Shown: in pieces, positions 26,141 to 39,185 of the stretch
Numbering within the stretch: position 1 is the stretch's first letter
Layout: each line of letters opens with the position of its first letter
Assembly: GCA_951406725.2 (NCBI GenBank)
Contig: OX597829.1
Location: 48,050,001 to 48,114,000, forward strand
Direction of reading: 5' to 3'
DNA from: Octopus vulgaris
Lineage: Eukaryota
Length of the DNA stretch: 64,000 bases
Position numbers and translations under genes: made by a program
The notes under the pieces: generated by a model
Databases searched by the model: none
Told to the model about the DNA's origin: nothing
Seen by the model: the letters and a program-made list of their open reading frames with translations, nothing else

Positions 26141-26739
26141 ATGCAAGCCATGGAAAAAGTCATGAAGAACTTATAATGTGGGTCAAATGTTATGGGTGAT
26201 TCATGCTCATTAGAGATATGATTATACTCTTTTACTTATTTCCTTTTTTAATTGGTCAAGAGGAAGGGCCTACTAGTGCATCAGTGATTGCATTCCTTCA
26301 TAATAAGTAATACTGTTGTTGGTTTCCCCACCAAGTCTTTCTAAAGGTACAGGGCAACCAATTCTGAGAGCAGGGTGGAATTCAACCTCAGTATTTTAGT
26401 GGTATTTTATCAACCCCAAAAGAATGAAAGGACAAAAAACTTCAGTAGGGTTTGAACTCAGAATGCAGAAAGCCAGATGAACCGGTGCAAAGCATTCATT
26501 CTATCCAACACTCTTATAATTCTGCTAGTTTGCCACTTGTTTACAGGTACAAACACGACAGAGATTTAGCAGCTATTTCTTGCAGATCAAGATCAAGTAC
26601 CCATGCAGAGGCTCTCTTGTTTGCTTGTGTCTCACATGAGTATATTTAGGTCTATTAACTTTCCAAACAAATACACACACACACACACACAGAGAAAAAT
26701 ACATTTTGAAAATAAGAATACAAGAATAATATGACTTAC

Positions 26740-26786
26740 TTGTTGAGTTGAAGAAATGCCTGACACATTTATCCATTGAAGCAATA
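26740..26786 (-). CDS. AMDHD2: AMDHD2 exon, 47 bp: (S)IASMDKCVRHFFNST
   Basis: Matches the SIA.MD.CVRHF motif. Acceptor tttccag|T, donor ACAA|gtaagt, phase 2 to 1. Confidence 0.92.
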
Positions 26787-27210
26787 CTGGAAAATTATAA
26801 AAGAATAAAAGAAAATGATTCAAAGAGTAAACTCATTAAAATGTTTAGTTATTCAGCTATATTTATGAATACAAATGATATAAACATATACAACATGCTC
26901 ATATGTTTTATAAAAAACAATAAACACTTCTTGTAGGTTCTCTTTTCTTTTATACACTGATCTACTTCCTTTTTTACTTATTTCCTTTTTTAATTGGTCA
27001 AGAGGAAGGGCCTATGGCATGTAGCTTTCAAAGGCTTTCCGATACTAACAAGATGGACAAGGTCAGTATTTCACTTGAACAGCTGTAATTTGATGGCTGC
27101 AGGTAAAAGAAACATGGGCAAAGAAGACAATTACAGAATAATAATGTTCTGCAGAGAAAGAGCAACTGTAAGAAGTAGCTAGTACCGTGAAGTACATGGG
27201 AGTGGAGATA

Positions 27211-27683
27211 CTACAAGGTGGTGCTGAAAATTTCCTGGCTTTGGATAAAAGAAAATACAAGAAGATCAGTTAATTACGATTTCCTTCAACATACTCCCCT
27301 CTGACATTTACACATTTATTCTAGAAGCCCTTCAGTTTTTCTAAGCCTTGTAAAAAGAACTCGGACGGTTGGACCTCCAACCAGGCATTTTCACGATACC
27401 CTTGAAGCCAGTAACTTTCCATCACTCACTCATACACACACACACACACGTATACGTATACATGAGAGGGTGCAGAAAAGTTCCTGGCTTTGGGTAAAAC
27501 AAAATACAGGAGGATCAGTTAATTATGATTTTACTCAACATATTACCCCTCTCAGATTCCCATACTTATTGCTGTGGTCCTTCAGTTTTTCTAAGCCCTG
27601 TAAAAGAACTCAAAAGGTTAGGCCTCAAACCAGGCCTTTCACGATACCCTTAAAGCCGGGAACTTTTCAGCACCCACTTCATG
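27211..27683. mobile_element. Two adjacent mariner-type MITEs of about 220 bp; a third copy at about 8655-8877
   Basis: TIR-like ends TA-c(g/a)agggggtgctgaaaagttcctggcttt ... aagccaggaacttttcagcaccc. Confidence 0.75.
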
Positions 27684-29039
27684 ACAAAAGGAGGAGAGAC
27701 ATTTAAATCAAGTTCCTGAATGGAGATTGTGTGAATTCATCTACCAGCTCACTGTAAGAAACAGAAGCTACTGTAATAACAATAAAAAGTGGAAGGTGAT
27801 AAGACAGCATGGTGGTGAACCACAGGATATAGAGTACAGATGACTAACTTCATGTAACTGTTATTAGCTTAACTCGATCAATAAGCACATGGTCTACCAA
27901 ATCCACTCACAAGCCTTTGGTTGGTCTGAGGTATTAGAAGACACTTGCCCAAGGTGCCACGCAGTAGGACTGAACCCGGGACCATGTGGTTCGGAAGCAA
28001 GATTCTTACCACACAACCACTCCTGTGTCTATATACTCTCTTTTTTTTTTTTTTTTACTTGTTTCAGTCAGCTGACTACGGCCATGCTGGAGCACCGCCT
28101 TTAGTCGAGCAAATCGACCCCGGGACTTATTCTTTGTAAGCCTAGTACTTATTCTATCGGTCTCTTTTGCCGAACCGCTAAGTGATATTCACAGACACAC
28201 ACAAACACATGACAGGCTTCTTTCGTTTTCCATTTACCTGATCCACTCACAAGGTTTTAATCAGCCCAGAGGTATAGTAAAAGACATTTGTCCCAGGTGC
28301 CAACCAGTGGGACTGAACCCAAATCCACATGGTTGAGAAGCAAGCTTCTTAGCCTCATAGCCATGCCTGTCCGAAACAGAACTAATTATTTTTTCAGTCT
28401 ATTATTTTTTTACTCTCCAAGAACATCGTTCCCAAGGATTCTATATCCAACTACCCTCACTTGTACTTGTGCAGTTCATAAGCCTTATTCAGGTAACTCA
28501 ATCATCTTACATTACTATTTAGCCATTTAGCCCTAGGTTGACCTTGACCATAAGCATTCAAACTATGACAATCCCTGTCTTTATTTTCTGGAATAGTGTA
28601 TGCCGAACACTACATCACACAAGGAGCCCCTTTTTAAGGGCTTATTTAAAGCTAAACAGCACCAGCAATGAAGGATGAACAACCAAATCATACAAGCCAA
28701 TGAAGGAGCCTCAACATGGTTACACAGCCCACTAGAAATAGCAACCAGCTCCCCCTTCAAACCACACTATACTATTTTGAAAGAAAGAACACCATATATA
28801 ATGTGCAGTTAATTTCCTGTACATAAGAAAAACAGAGGATGGTCACAGCTAAATTACCTTTAATCATAGGTTTGCTTGATCAATACTGACCTGTGGTTAA
28901 ACAACTACAAAGATACAAACAACTAGAAGAAATCAAAAAGGCTTGAATTTCCTGTGTTGAGCAACTGTAAATGCGTATTGTAGTACTCCTGCACCGAAGA
29001 ATGTTTTGTTGTTGCATGACAATGCACACCCACACACGG

Positions 29040-29226
29040 CTATCTATGAAATTCCTATTTTTTATGATTTTTTGACTGCTGTGTCACCATTTTTCGGTGT
29101 ATTTCAACCAGAAAAATGTTTACTTAAAGAGAATAACAAGCTATATAATGCAAAATTTTTACTTTTCAAAAATTACAATTCTAAAGGGCTGAAACAAACC
29201 CGAGCAACGCCGGGTGATACTGCTAG
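29040..29226 (+). mobile_element. Helitron 3' fragment, preceded by a mariner transposase remnant (about 28990-29041)
   Basis: Ends cccgagcaacgccgggtgatactgCTAG|T. The upstream LLHDNAHPHTA resembles the mariner HDNARPH motif. Confidence 0.6.
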
Positions 29227-30915
29227 TACATTGAAAAAAAAAACAAGAGTGTGTATAATTTTTGACTCTCCCTCATATATTCCGCACCTGGAAGGTACAC
29301 CAGGTCTGTTGCAGGAATACTCACTTTTGCAAGCTGAGTGGACTTGAGCAATGTGAAACGAAGTGTTTGTTCAAGAAAACAACACACCGCCTGATCAAAG
29401 AATCAAAGCCACAATCTTACAATCATGAGTTCAACACCTTAGCCACTACGTCACACACCTCATACTAACTATAGTGTTAGGGTTTGACTTCAAAGAAGTA
29501 ACACCTGAGCAAACCTATGATCAAAGGAATTCCAGTCATGACCATCTGATCTGCATTCGTTGGTACAGTGTACCTTTAAGGCAGTAAATTGGCAGAGTCA
29601 TAAGGACATTGGAAACAATTCCTTGTGTTATATATTGTAGTTCTCTGCATTTTGAGGTGTGACTTTACCTTTCATTCCTTGGGTGGGAGAGGTCAATAAA
29701 AAACCGGTCAAGCATAGAAGGCAATTTTTTTTTCTTTTGTTCTTTCTTTTTCTAACTCTCTATTTCCCTCTCCCTCTCTCCCTCTCTATTTCCTTCTCTC
29801 CCTCTCTCTCTGAATCAGTTACATTACACTGTCAAAGGACACATGGAAGTCACTAAAAGCATTGCATTCTTCAGAAATGGGAGATGGTTTCAGCATGGAA
29901 CCATCCAGTAATAGACCAATGTAAGGAAGACGTGAACATCTGAGCCTATATTGCATTTTCAGTAGTGATCTTGACACTTTGAAGAAACCACAGGTGGGAG
30001 CAATCCACAGTATGAACATAGTCTTTTGCTCTCTTCTCTCTAGCTTCAGTTCAAGAAAAACATTAACTACATTGATCCCAGTAGACTAGAAGAAAATTTC
30101 CCTTTCTCCAGACCAAATGAATAAGGGAAAAATAAATTAAAATAAACATTTGTTGTATCTTGGGAAGGTCATTATGCCAATAATTACTACAAACAATGGT
30201 TCAATTTCACTTCTCATAATTCATCAACTGGTTAACCTTTAGTACACTGTAGGTGCATCATGTCACCATATGAGGTTTCTCCCTTGTAGTAACAGGACAG
30301 TGGCAGGGGAAACAACTCTAGAGAAAATGCAATGTGATAAAGGTTAATTATCTAACCAACAAACTTCTTGTTTGATTAGGTGTTCAGTTAATCAAACAAT
30401 CAGTTGTGTTTGCCAAAAATCCTTCTGTTGCCTTTTGCAACCTCTTACAACAGGAAACTTGCAAATCAAATACAAAAACGAAATGAATAAAAAATTTGTG
30501 TTCTCAGAATTCATTTTGCCAATCATTTTGGTGTTTACAACATCTTAATGAAAATGCGTTACAGCTCTTAAGTTCCAAGCCCAGAACTCATCCTACCTAG
30601 AGGATATTGTCCTTTTATTCTTCTCCAAGAAATTTGATACAATTAAACACCAGTGAGATACTGACAGCCTCTTTAATACTCCTTTTGAAATGATTATTTT
30701 GATGCCATCAGCATAGCTTAAATAGGTACAAAATCAGAATAGCAATACAAAATGACATAAATAGTTTCTATTCTTCCATTCAAACCATTTTCTTTTCTCC
30801 ATTTCTCTTTCTTCAGTTCACCAGTCTAAGCTATCAAATCGATGATTCATCACAAAAAAAAAATGAAATAAAAAAAAAAAACAGAAAAGAAAAAATACAT
30901 AATAAATCTCATTAC

Positions 30916-31045
30916 CTTCCACACAATGTTTCGGTGCCAGCCAGGACAGCTCTGTTGTGCTTTATTTCAACCTTCTGTGGACCAATTGTGTGTAAACCGG
31001 GAGGTAGTCCCATTGCTGGAACAGCATCAGTGACTATCACAAGTC
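30916..31045 (-). CDS. AMDHD2: AMDHD2 exon, 130 bp: (G)LVIVTDAVPAMGLPPGLHTIGPQKVEIKHNRAVLAGTETLCG(S)
   Basis: Read by hand. Contains VTDA (catalytic Asp) and GTxTLxGS. Acceptor gttcag|GA, donor GGAAG|gtaatg, phase 1 to 2. Confidence 0.95.
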
Positions 31046-31132
31046 CTGAACAATGAGAAATACATACAGATATATTTAAAAGTCTGTGCATGTGTGTGTG
31101 TATATAAGAGTGTGTGCATGTATATATATGTT

Positions 31133-31458
31133 AAGGCGTGTGGTTTAGTGGTTAGGGGCATTCGGCTCATGATCGTAAGGTCAGGAGTTCAATTCCTGAC
31201 AGCACGTTGTGTCCTTGAGCAATACACTTTATTTCAAGTTGCTCCAGTCCACTCAGCTGGCTAAAATGAGTTGTACCTGTATTTCAAAGGGGCAAGCCTT
31301 GTCACACACAGTGCTACACTGAATCTCCAAGAAATCCATTAAGTGTACACATGTCCATGGAATGCTCAGCCACTTAAACGTTAATTTCACGAGCAAGCTG
31401 TACCGTTGATCGTATCAGCTGGGACCCTCGTTGTCACAACTGGCGGAGTGCTCCTATA
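31133..31458 (+). mobile_element. tRNA-derived SINE family C (CORE/V-like body). Related copies at about 2369-2660, 4260-4558(-), 29230-29465(-), 47341-47650, 52389-52730, 63895-64000
   Basis: Box A tggtttagtgg, box B gagttcaattcc, body gtgtccttgagcaa(g)acactttatttca. Confidence 0.8.
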
Positions 31459-34040
31459 CTATATATATATACACACACACACACACACATCATTTATATC
31501 TTTATCATCATTTAATGATGGCATGGGTTGGACAGCTTGACAGGAGCTGGTAAGGCCAGGAACTGCAACAGGTTCCATTTATGTTTTGGCAGGTTTTCTA
31601 TGGTTAGATACCCCTGCTAAAGCCAACCACTTTGCATAGTATATGGGCACTAGCATAGCGGGAGTGGAGGGGAGCAGTCTTCCCCGTGCATCACTTTTAA
31701 TGGGGAGGTACTTTTAGGTCTGCTGTAGACAATGTGTTTTTTGTGGGATCCATGGGTGACAAACAGAAGGGCCAGCCCATTTGGCACACACTCTAGCTAC
31801 GCTACTGTATACAGGGTACTTTTTACAAGGCACCAGCACTTTTTATGTAGCACCAACACACATACACACACCCAGGGCTGTCGCTAAGGCCCTGCAGTTG
31901 TAGGGGGCCTCCATGGTTGAGGGGAGCATGCCCTTGCTTACCCCCAACCTCAGTTTCTAGACATGAGTGGTCCTGAGACCAAGGTCTCTGCCATGATTTT
32001 TAAGAAATATGGTGGAAAATTAGCTCAGGAAGGCAGCGACACTACTCCTTGAGACCCCTTTCTGAGACTCCCTACCAGAATGGGTTAGATGAATATATTC
32101 TTGAGGAACTGTCATATATGACTTTGACAGTTCAAACCCACCATACAGTAGACAGAGGAAATAACACCACCACTTGCAGCTGATGTATTTTATCAAAAGC
32201 ACAAATGTAAACACACACAAAAGGCAACATGGAGGGCTCTGACCACAGAAAATCTGCCTCAACAAATTCTGTCTGACCTATGCAAGCATGGAAGGAAAAA
32301 CGGACATTAATAATGATGATGATAATATAGATATGTCCCATAGACACAGCCACATACACAATGGGTTTCTTTCAGTTTCCATCTGCCAAATTCACTCACA
32401 AGGCTTTGGTTAGCTTTGGCCTATAGTAGCAGACACTTGCTCAAGGTGCAATGAATTGAAACAGGGACCGAGACTGCATGATAAGGGCACAAACATTTCA
32501 AACACACAGCCATCCCAGTGTTTTGTGTGTGAATGTGAGTGCACATATTTTTACACACATGGTAGATACATAACATAAATGTATGTACACAAATATATGA
32601 TAACATATGCAAATTTAGACAAATATAAACACACACACACACACACACACACATGTACACACACAAAGTTGATCTTTATAATGCCATATGATTTCTTTTC
32701 TCTTCCAAATGTCTACATTTGGTCTGTTATGTTTAGAAGTGGCAGAAGTCTTGATAGGAAAACTTCAAAACCTTGAAGAATTTTAATCGGATGAATCAGC
32801 CCCAATATTGATTTTTTTTTTAAAGTCTGGTACTTATACTATCAGCTTCTTTTGGTGAACTGCTAATTGGTGGGGACATAAACAAACCAACAATGGTTGT
32901 CAAGCGGTGGTGGGGACAAACATTGATACAAAAGACACAGATACACACATCGTTGCTATTATGCAAAAGTATCATAAGTCCAAAATATTGCTTTTTCAGA
33001 AAACAAAAAAATAGTTTCACCATTCCATAGCAAAACCATTGTACAACTTTTGACAATTTTTGATATCTTGGCATCTGAAGCAGCTGGAGATACGATAGTT
33101 TGACCAAAAGAACCAGCAAAAATAAAAATTGGAAAAACTAAATTTGGCCTAATTTGGACATACATAATAGCAACGATTTATATACAACAGGCTTCTTTCA
33201 CTTTCCATCTACCAGAACCATCACGAGGCTTTCGTAGGTCCAAAGCTGCAGTAGAAGACACTTCCCCAAGGTACCAAACAGTGAGACTGAACCCAGAACC
33301 ATGTGGTTGGAAGACAAACTTCTTACCACGCAGCCATGCTTGTACCTATATATCAAGATTCAGGGTCCCTTCAAGACATTCTTCCTGTTCCACAGTACAT
33401 TCACAGGAACAAAACTGGTGAGTGAAACACTCCCTGCTCCCTTAACCATTTCATTACCAACCTGGCTGAAACAGGCTCTGGCTCTGTACTACAAATGTCT
33501 TGCTTTCATAAGTTTTTAAATAAAATCTTTCCCCAAACCTTAGTCACAATTCATGTTCTTGACACTAGCTTAATGATAACTAAGTTATTTAACTAAATTC
33601 TTTGTTATATTTAAAATTAATTGAGAGAAACACAGAACATCTCAAAATAAATACAGTAACGAAAGGGTTAATATTTTCATCCAATGAAATCATTTCCACA
33701 ATTAAATGCATCCACAAACAAACATTAACAATAATGTACTTTTAATCCATTTTGTTGGAAAGAAAGTTTAGATCAAACAATATAATAAAGCAATAAAAAA
33801 TAACATTAAATTTTTATAACTGAATAAGCTGAAGTAAATGCTGTTGTTTTGTCTTGTGTCTGCCCTGATAGAGAAGGTCAAGGGCTGACACAGGGGTATG
33901 CACAAGCGCATAAAGTGATATTCCCTAGCCTGATGATTAAACTTTGTGAAGCACTGTTAATGGTGTTGCTGTGAATGTGATGTTTATTTTTTATTATTTC
34001 AGTGACGATATTAATGTGTGAAAGATGACCATGAGACAGA

Positions 34041-34084
<44 letters not shown>

Positions 34085-34252
34085 AATAAATGGGGTGAGA
34101 GAGAAAGAGATAGACAGAGAAAAGAGATAAGGGGAGAGAGAAAGCGAGACAGAGGGAGGGAGGGGGAGACAGAGAGGGAGGGGGGAGACAGAGAGGGAGG
34201 GAAGGGGTGGGGACAGAGAGAGAGGGAAGGGGTGGGGACAGAGAGGGAGAGT

Positions 34253-34855
34253 GAGCTAGAGAGGGAGAAAGGAGCTAGAGAGGGAGAAAGGAGCTAGAGA
34301 GGGAGAAAGGAGCTAGAGAGGGAGAAAGGAGCTAGAGAGGGAGAAAGGAGCTAGAGAGGGAGAAAGGAGATAGAGAGGGAGAAAGGAGAGAGAGGGAGAA
34401 AGGAGATAGAGAGGGAGAAAGGAGATAGAGAGGGAGAAAGGAGATAGAGAGGGAGAAAGGAGATAGAGAGGGAGAAAGGAGATAGAGAGGGAGAAAGGAG
34501 ATAGAGAGGGAGAAAGGAGATAGAGAGGGAGAAAGGAGATAGAGAGGGAGAAAGGAGATAGAGAGGGAGAAAGGAGATAGAGAGGGAGAAAGGAGATAGA
34601 GAGGGAGAAAGGAGATAGAGAGGGAGAAAGGAGCGAGAGAGGGAGAAAGGAGCCAGAGAGGGAGAAAGGAGATAGAGAGGGAGAAAGGAGATAGAGAGGG
34701 AGAAAGGAGATAGAGAGGGAGAAAGGAGATAGAGAGGGAGAAAGGAGATAGAGAGGGAGAAAGGAGATAGAGAGGGAGAAAGGAGATAGAGAGGGAGAAA
34801 GGAGATAGAGAGGGAGAAAGGAGATAGAGAGGGAGAAAGGAGATAGAGAGGGAGA
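34253..34855. repeat. 19-bp polypurine minisatellite (agagagggagaaaggagat)n, about 31 copies
   Basis: Direct reading. Confidence 0.95.
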
Positions 34856-35184
34856 GAAGCAGAGAGAAGAAGATAGATGGAGAGAAAGGGAGAAAGAGAA
34901 ACAGAGAGGAGGCAAAAGACAGAAAGAGAGGGAGAGAGAGAGATGTAGAAACATACACATATAGACAGAATTGTATGAACATTGGACAAACATTGACAGA
35001 GCATATTATTTTACCTCAATTACCATTAATTTGAGATTTATCAGTTTCAAATCATTTTTTTTTTTAAATAACACATTGGCAACAGGCCTCAACAAATGTT
35101 CAACCGATGAAAGTGTGGAAAGGTGAATGTTAAAATAACGATAAATATAATGAATGGAAAAAAAAGGTACTGAAGATTGGGATA

Positions 35185-35795
35185 TCTATATATATAAAAC
35201 TGTAGTTGTGTGAGTGTCTATCCCCTTCGATTTAGATTCCTAACTACTCCCACATTTTGCGGTGCAGTTTAACCAAATTCGGGTATCTTATAGTCAGGAT
35301 TCATATCGAGCCCGTCTGAGTATTAGCGCGCGTCTACGATGAGTCTACGATTTTAAAAATAATTTAACATCATTTTTTATTCCATTTTAATGCATAATTT
35401 TTCGTGTGTCGATGGCGGCAGAGTTGGCGTCCATGGTCACACCTGCACCTGTGTTTGCTTCTCCCCCTTCTTCCCTCCCTCGTGAAGCTGTGGGGAAGGG
35501 AGTGTAAGGAAATCAACGTCGTAAAGCGTTGTCAAGGAGACCAGCGTTCTTTTAGCGTTCTTCATGGCTTGAAGACACCAAAACAGAAATGGCTAAGAAA
35601 GCCCGAATTGGCATCTATAAGGGAAGTAACTCTCTAAAAATGTCTACGATGAGTCAACGATTTAAAAAAAAATTTACCATAATTTTTTTTCCATTTTTAA
35701 TGCATTTTTTTGCTATTTTTTGGCTATAACTCACTAAAAATGCTTATATAGTTATTTCCCTTACAAACCCGAGCAACACCGGGCGATACTGCTAG
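35185..35795 (+). mobile_element. Non-autonomous Helitron
   Basis: A|TC start, subterminal hairpin cccgagcaacaccggg, CTAG|T end, no TSD. Confidence 0.85.
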
Positions 35796-37461
35796 TAAAT
35801 ATATATATGCTTTATTATTAAAGCTGTAAAAAACATCACAAAAACCGCTACTCAGAGTTTCACGTTCCCATCCGTTGGACAGTTTTGATTGAGAATCTCA
35901 ATCAAAGCTGTCCACAATGAATGGGAACATGAAAGTGAGTAGCAGTTATTTTGTGATATTTTTGTGATTTGTTTTGGGTTTTTTTTTTTTGCAAATAAAG
36001 CATATTACTCTACCTTCAGTATTCGAGTACTATTTTTCCCCACCTTGTTCCACATTTATGTGCTGACTCTGGTGTGTGTGTGCGCGCGTGCGTGCATGCG
36101 TGCGAGTGTGTGAGTGCGTGTGTGTATGTATGTATCATCATCGTTTAATGTCTGCCTTCCATGCTGGCATGGGTTGGATGGTTTGACAGGAACTGGCCAG
36201 ACAGGAGCCAGCACCAGACTTCTGTGTCCGTTTTGGCACAGTTTTTATAGCTGGATGCCCTTCCTAACACCAACCACCCAGCAGAATGGACTGATTGCTT
36301 TTTATGTGACACAATACAGGTGAAGTCAGTTTTGACAAGGTTTTTACAGCTGGATACCCTTCCAAATGCCAACCACTTTACAGTATGGACTGGATGCTTT
36401 TTACGTGGCACCAGCACTGGTAGGGTCATTAAGTAAACTGCAAGTCAAAAACCTTTTGAGAAAAAAATTCTTTAAAGGAGGTGCAAGGTCACCCACCTGG
36501 AAAGAGAGCAGGAGATCAGGAATGAGGACAGAAACAGGTGTGCTGCTGTAAAGGTGTACACACACATTAAACAATATACATATATAAACACTCATGCCCC
36601 CATACCATCAGTAATCCTAGGGGTAAGTGAAGGCATATTGGGCACCTGCCCAGGGGACTCAATTCTTATCTATGTTGTGGCCTGCTCTCAAATATATACT
36701 GTAAGACCTAGTGCCTTGATAGGTGGAGGGGAGGAGCTCATGAGTGTAGGGGGCCTTATTCTGACCACAACATTATGGTAGTTAACCGATTCCAACCACT
36801 GCAACAGATTTAGAAGAACAATGGAATATGTTTGAAAGTACTTTAACCCAAAGTGCAAGGAGTGTAATCAGGCAGACAAGAGGGACACAACAGGGAAGAT
36901 ATGATTTTATTTGAAGAATTTTAATAAATATCAATCAGACCCAGCTTCAGGAGTGTATTAATTTGAATCTCATCATCATCATCATCGTTTGACGTCCGCT
37001 TTCCATGCTAGCATGGGTTGGACGGTTCGACCGGGGTCTGGTAAGCCATGGTGGCTGCACCAGGCTCCAGTTTGATTTGGCAGTGTTTCTACAGCTGGAT
37101 GCCCTTCCTAACGCCAACCACTCCATGAGTGTAGTCAGTGCTTTTTACGTGCCACCGGCACAGGTGCCAGTGCTTTACCTTTTATAGTTCATTTGGGAGA
37201 GAGAGAGGGGAGAGAGAGAGAGACAGACAGACAGACAGAGACAAATAGGCAGGCTAACAGAGAGGTGGGGGTGGATTCTCCTTAGAAAACTGGAAAATCT
37301 AGAACTCTGAGACAATTCTTGTCCCATGTCCGCTAGATAATTGGTCTGTCATTGAAACTAAATTACTAATGTAATTATTTTCCTGCTGTTTCAATTCTTA
37401 AACAACTATGTGCACCTGATGATAAGCAGATCACCATCTGAAACAAATTCATCAGCAATTA

Positions 37462-37679
37462 CTCTTTACTCTTTTACTTGTTTCAGTCATTTGACTGCGG
37501 CCATGCTGGAGCACCGCCTTAAATCGAGCAACTCAACCCCGGGACTTATTCTTTTGTAAGTCCAGTACTTATTCTATCGGTCTCTTTTGCCGAACCGCTA
37601 AGAAACGGGGACATAAACACACCAGCATCGGTTGTCAAGCAATGCTAGGGAGACAATCACAGACACGCAAACACACACA

Positions 37680-37721
<42 letters not shown>

Positions 37722-37888
37722 TACGACGGGCTTCTTTCAGTTTCCGTCTACCAAATCAACTCACAATGCTTTGGTCGGCCCGAGGCTATAGTAGAAGACA
37801 CTTGCCCAAGATGCCACGCAGTGGGAGTGAACCCGGAACCATGTGGTTGGTAAACAAGCTACTTACCACACAGCCACTCCTGCACCTA
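37462..37888 (-). mobile_element. tRNA-derived SINE family B, full length. Other copies at about 1570-2085, 8040-8418, 24238-25065, 27890-28185, 39183-39590, 48238-48608, 53225-53625, 57553-58180
   Basis: Head gtggctgtgtggtaag...gggttca(g/c)tcccactgcgtggca, internal (TA)/(TG) tract, tail cagtcaaatgactgaaacaagtaaaagagtaaa. Confidence 0.88.
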
Positions 37889-39141
37889 AATCCTAAATGC
37901 TTTGAGTAAGACGTGTGATGAGCTGCTCAAACCATAGAAAGAGACAACTTCTTCAAAGTCAGTTTACTCCTAGCCAGTCGCTATGACATGCAGAAACATT
38001 CAGTTTTATAAACACAGCATATTTAGAGTCTGTTAACAAGTTCAAACATGCCTTCAATATGTAAATATGTTTTGGACATACTTATACTGCCAGAAACTGA
38101 ACTGATTTACATTTAGGGTAGCATTAGGGTGCTGAGGGTCTCGGAGAAAGACACAGAACATATTCATGTCCTAACTACCATCAAAATAACTGACGTGTTA
38201 TTTTAATCCTTTCTAATGCTCTAATGCAAATGCAATCAGCAAATTTCTTTACCTTTAATCAGGTCATTACCTGTTACCTTAAAACTGTCAAACAAATATA
38301 TTCTGAGTTTGTTTTTTTTTTTGTTTTTTGGGGGGGCAGGGGGTGGGATGAGAATTAAGCAATTGGATACAGTCATTTATTTAGAAAAATCTGAAATACA
38401 TTATTCAGCCATTTCTAATTAATTACTGACAATTATTTATTAATTTCTACGAGTTTATTTGATTTGCCTTTCTCGTTAATTATTGTAGCAAGATTTTGAA
38501 CATGCAAGTGTGGGCTGTGTAGTACAACCACATGGTTCCAGGTTCAGTCCCACTTGATGGCATCTTGGGTAGGTGTCTTATACTATAGCCTAGGGACAAC
38601 CAAAGCCTTGTGAATATATTTGGTAGATGGAAACTGAAGGAAACCCATTGTATCAGGTCTTTAAGAATGAAATGTCCGATTTTGAACTGAAAGCTAGTTT
38701 GCTTTATCTCTACAAAAAGCAATGCAGTTAAACAAAATATGCACTAAATTATCAACACAATTTTGCCATTTTATTGGTAGCTTATTTATGCCAGCAGCGA
38801 AGAATTCTGGAGAGCAAGTGGTAATGAAATCACAAAAGGCTGTTTTTGCATCATTCGAGTATAGTCAATACCAGTGCTGCCTAACTGGTTCTCGTGTCGG
38901 TGGCATGTAAAACGCACCATTTGAGCATGGTCAATGCCAGTACTGCCTGACTGGCCCCCATGCCTGTGGCACATAAGAAGCACCCACTACACTCTCAAAG
39001 TGGTTGGCATTAGGAAGGACATCCAGCTGTAGAAACCTTGCCAGAGAAGATTGGAGCCTGGTACAGCCTTCTGGCTTGCCAGTCCACAGTCAAACCATCC
39101 AACCCATGCCAGCATGGAAAGCAGACGTTAAACGATGATGA

Positions 39142-39185
<44 letters not shown>

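Noticed and set aside
26365-26385. FHPAL on the minus strand as the missing LHPA exon
   Set aside because: The flanking translation does not resemble the NagA C-terminus.
34313-35004. Three ORFs of over 200 aa
   Set aside because: Translation of the stop-free 19-bp minisatellite in all frames.
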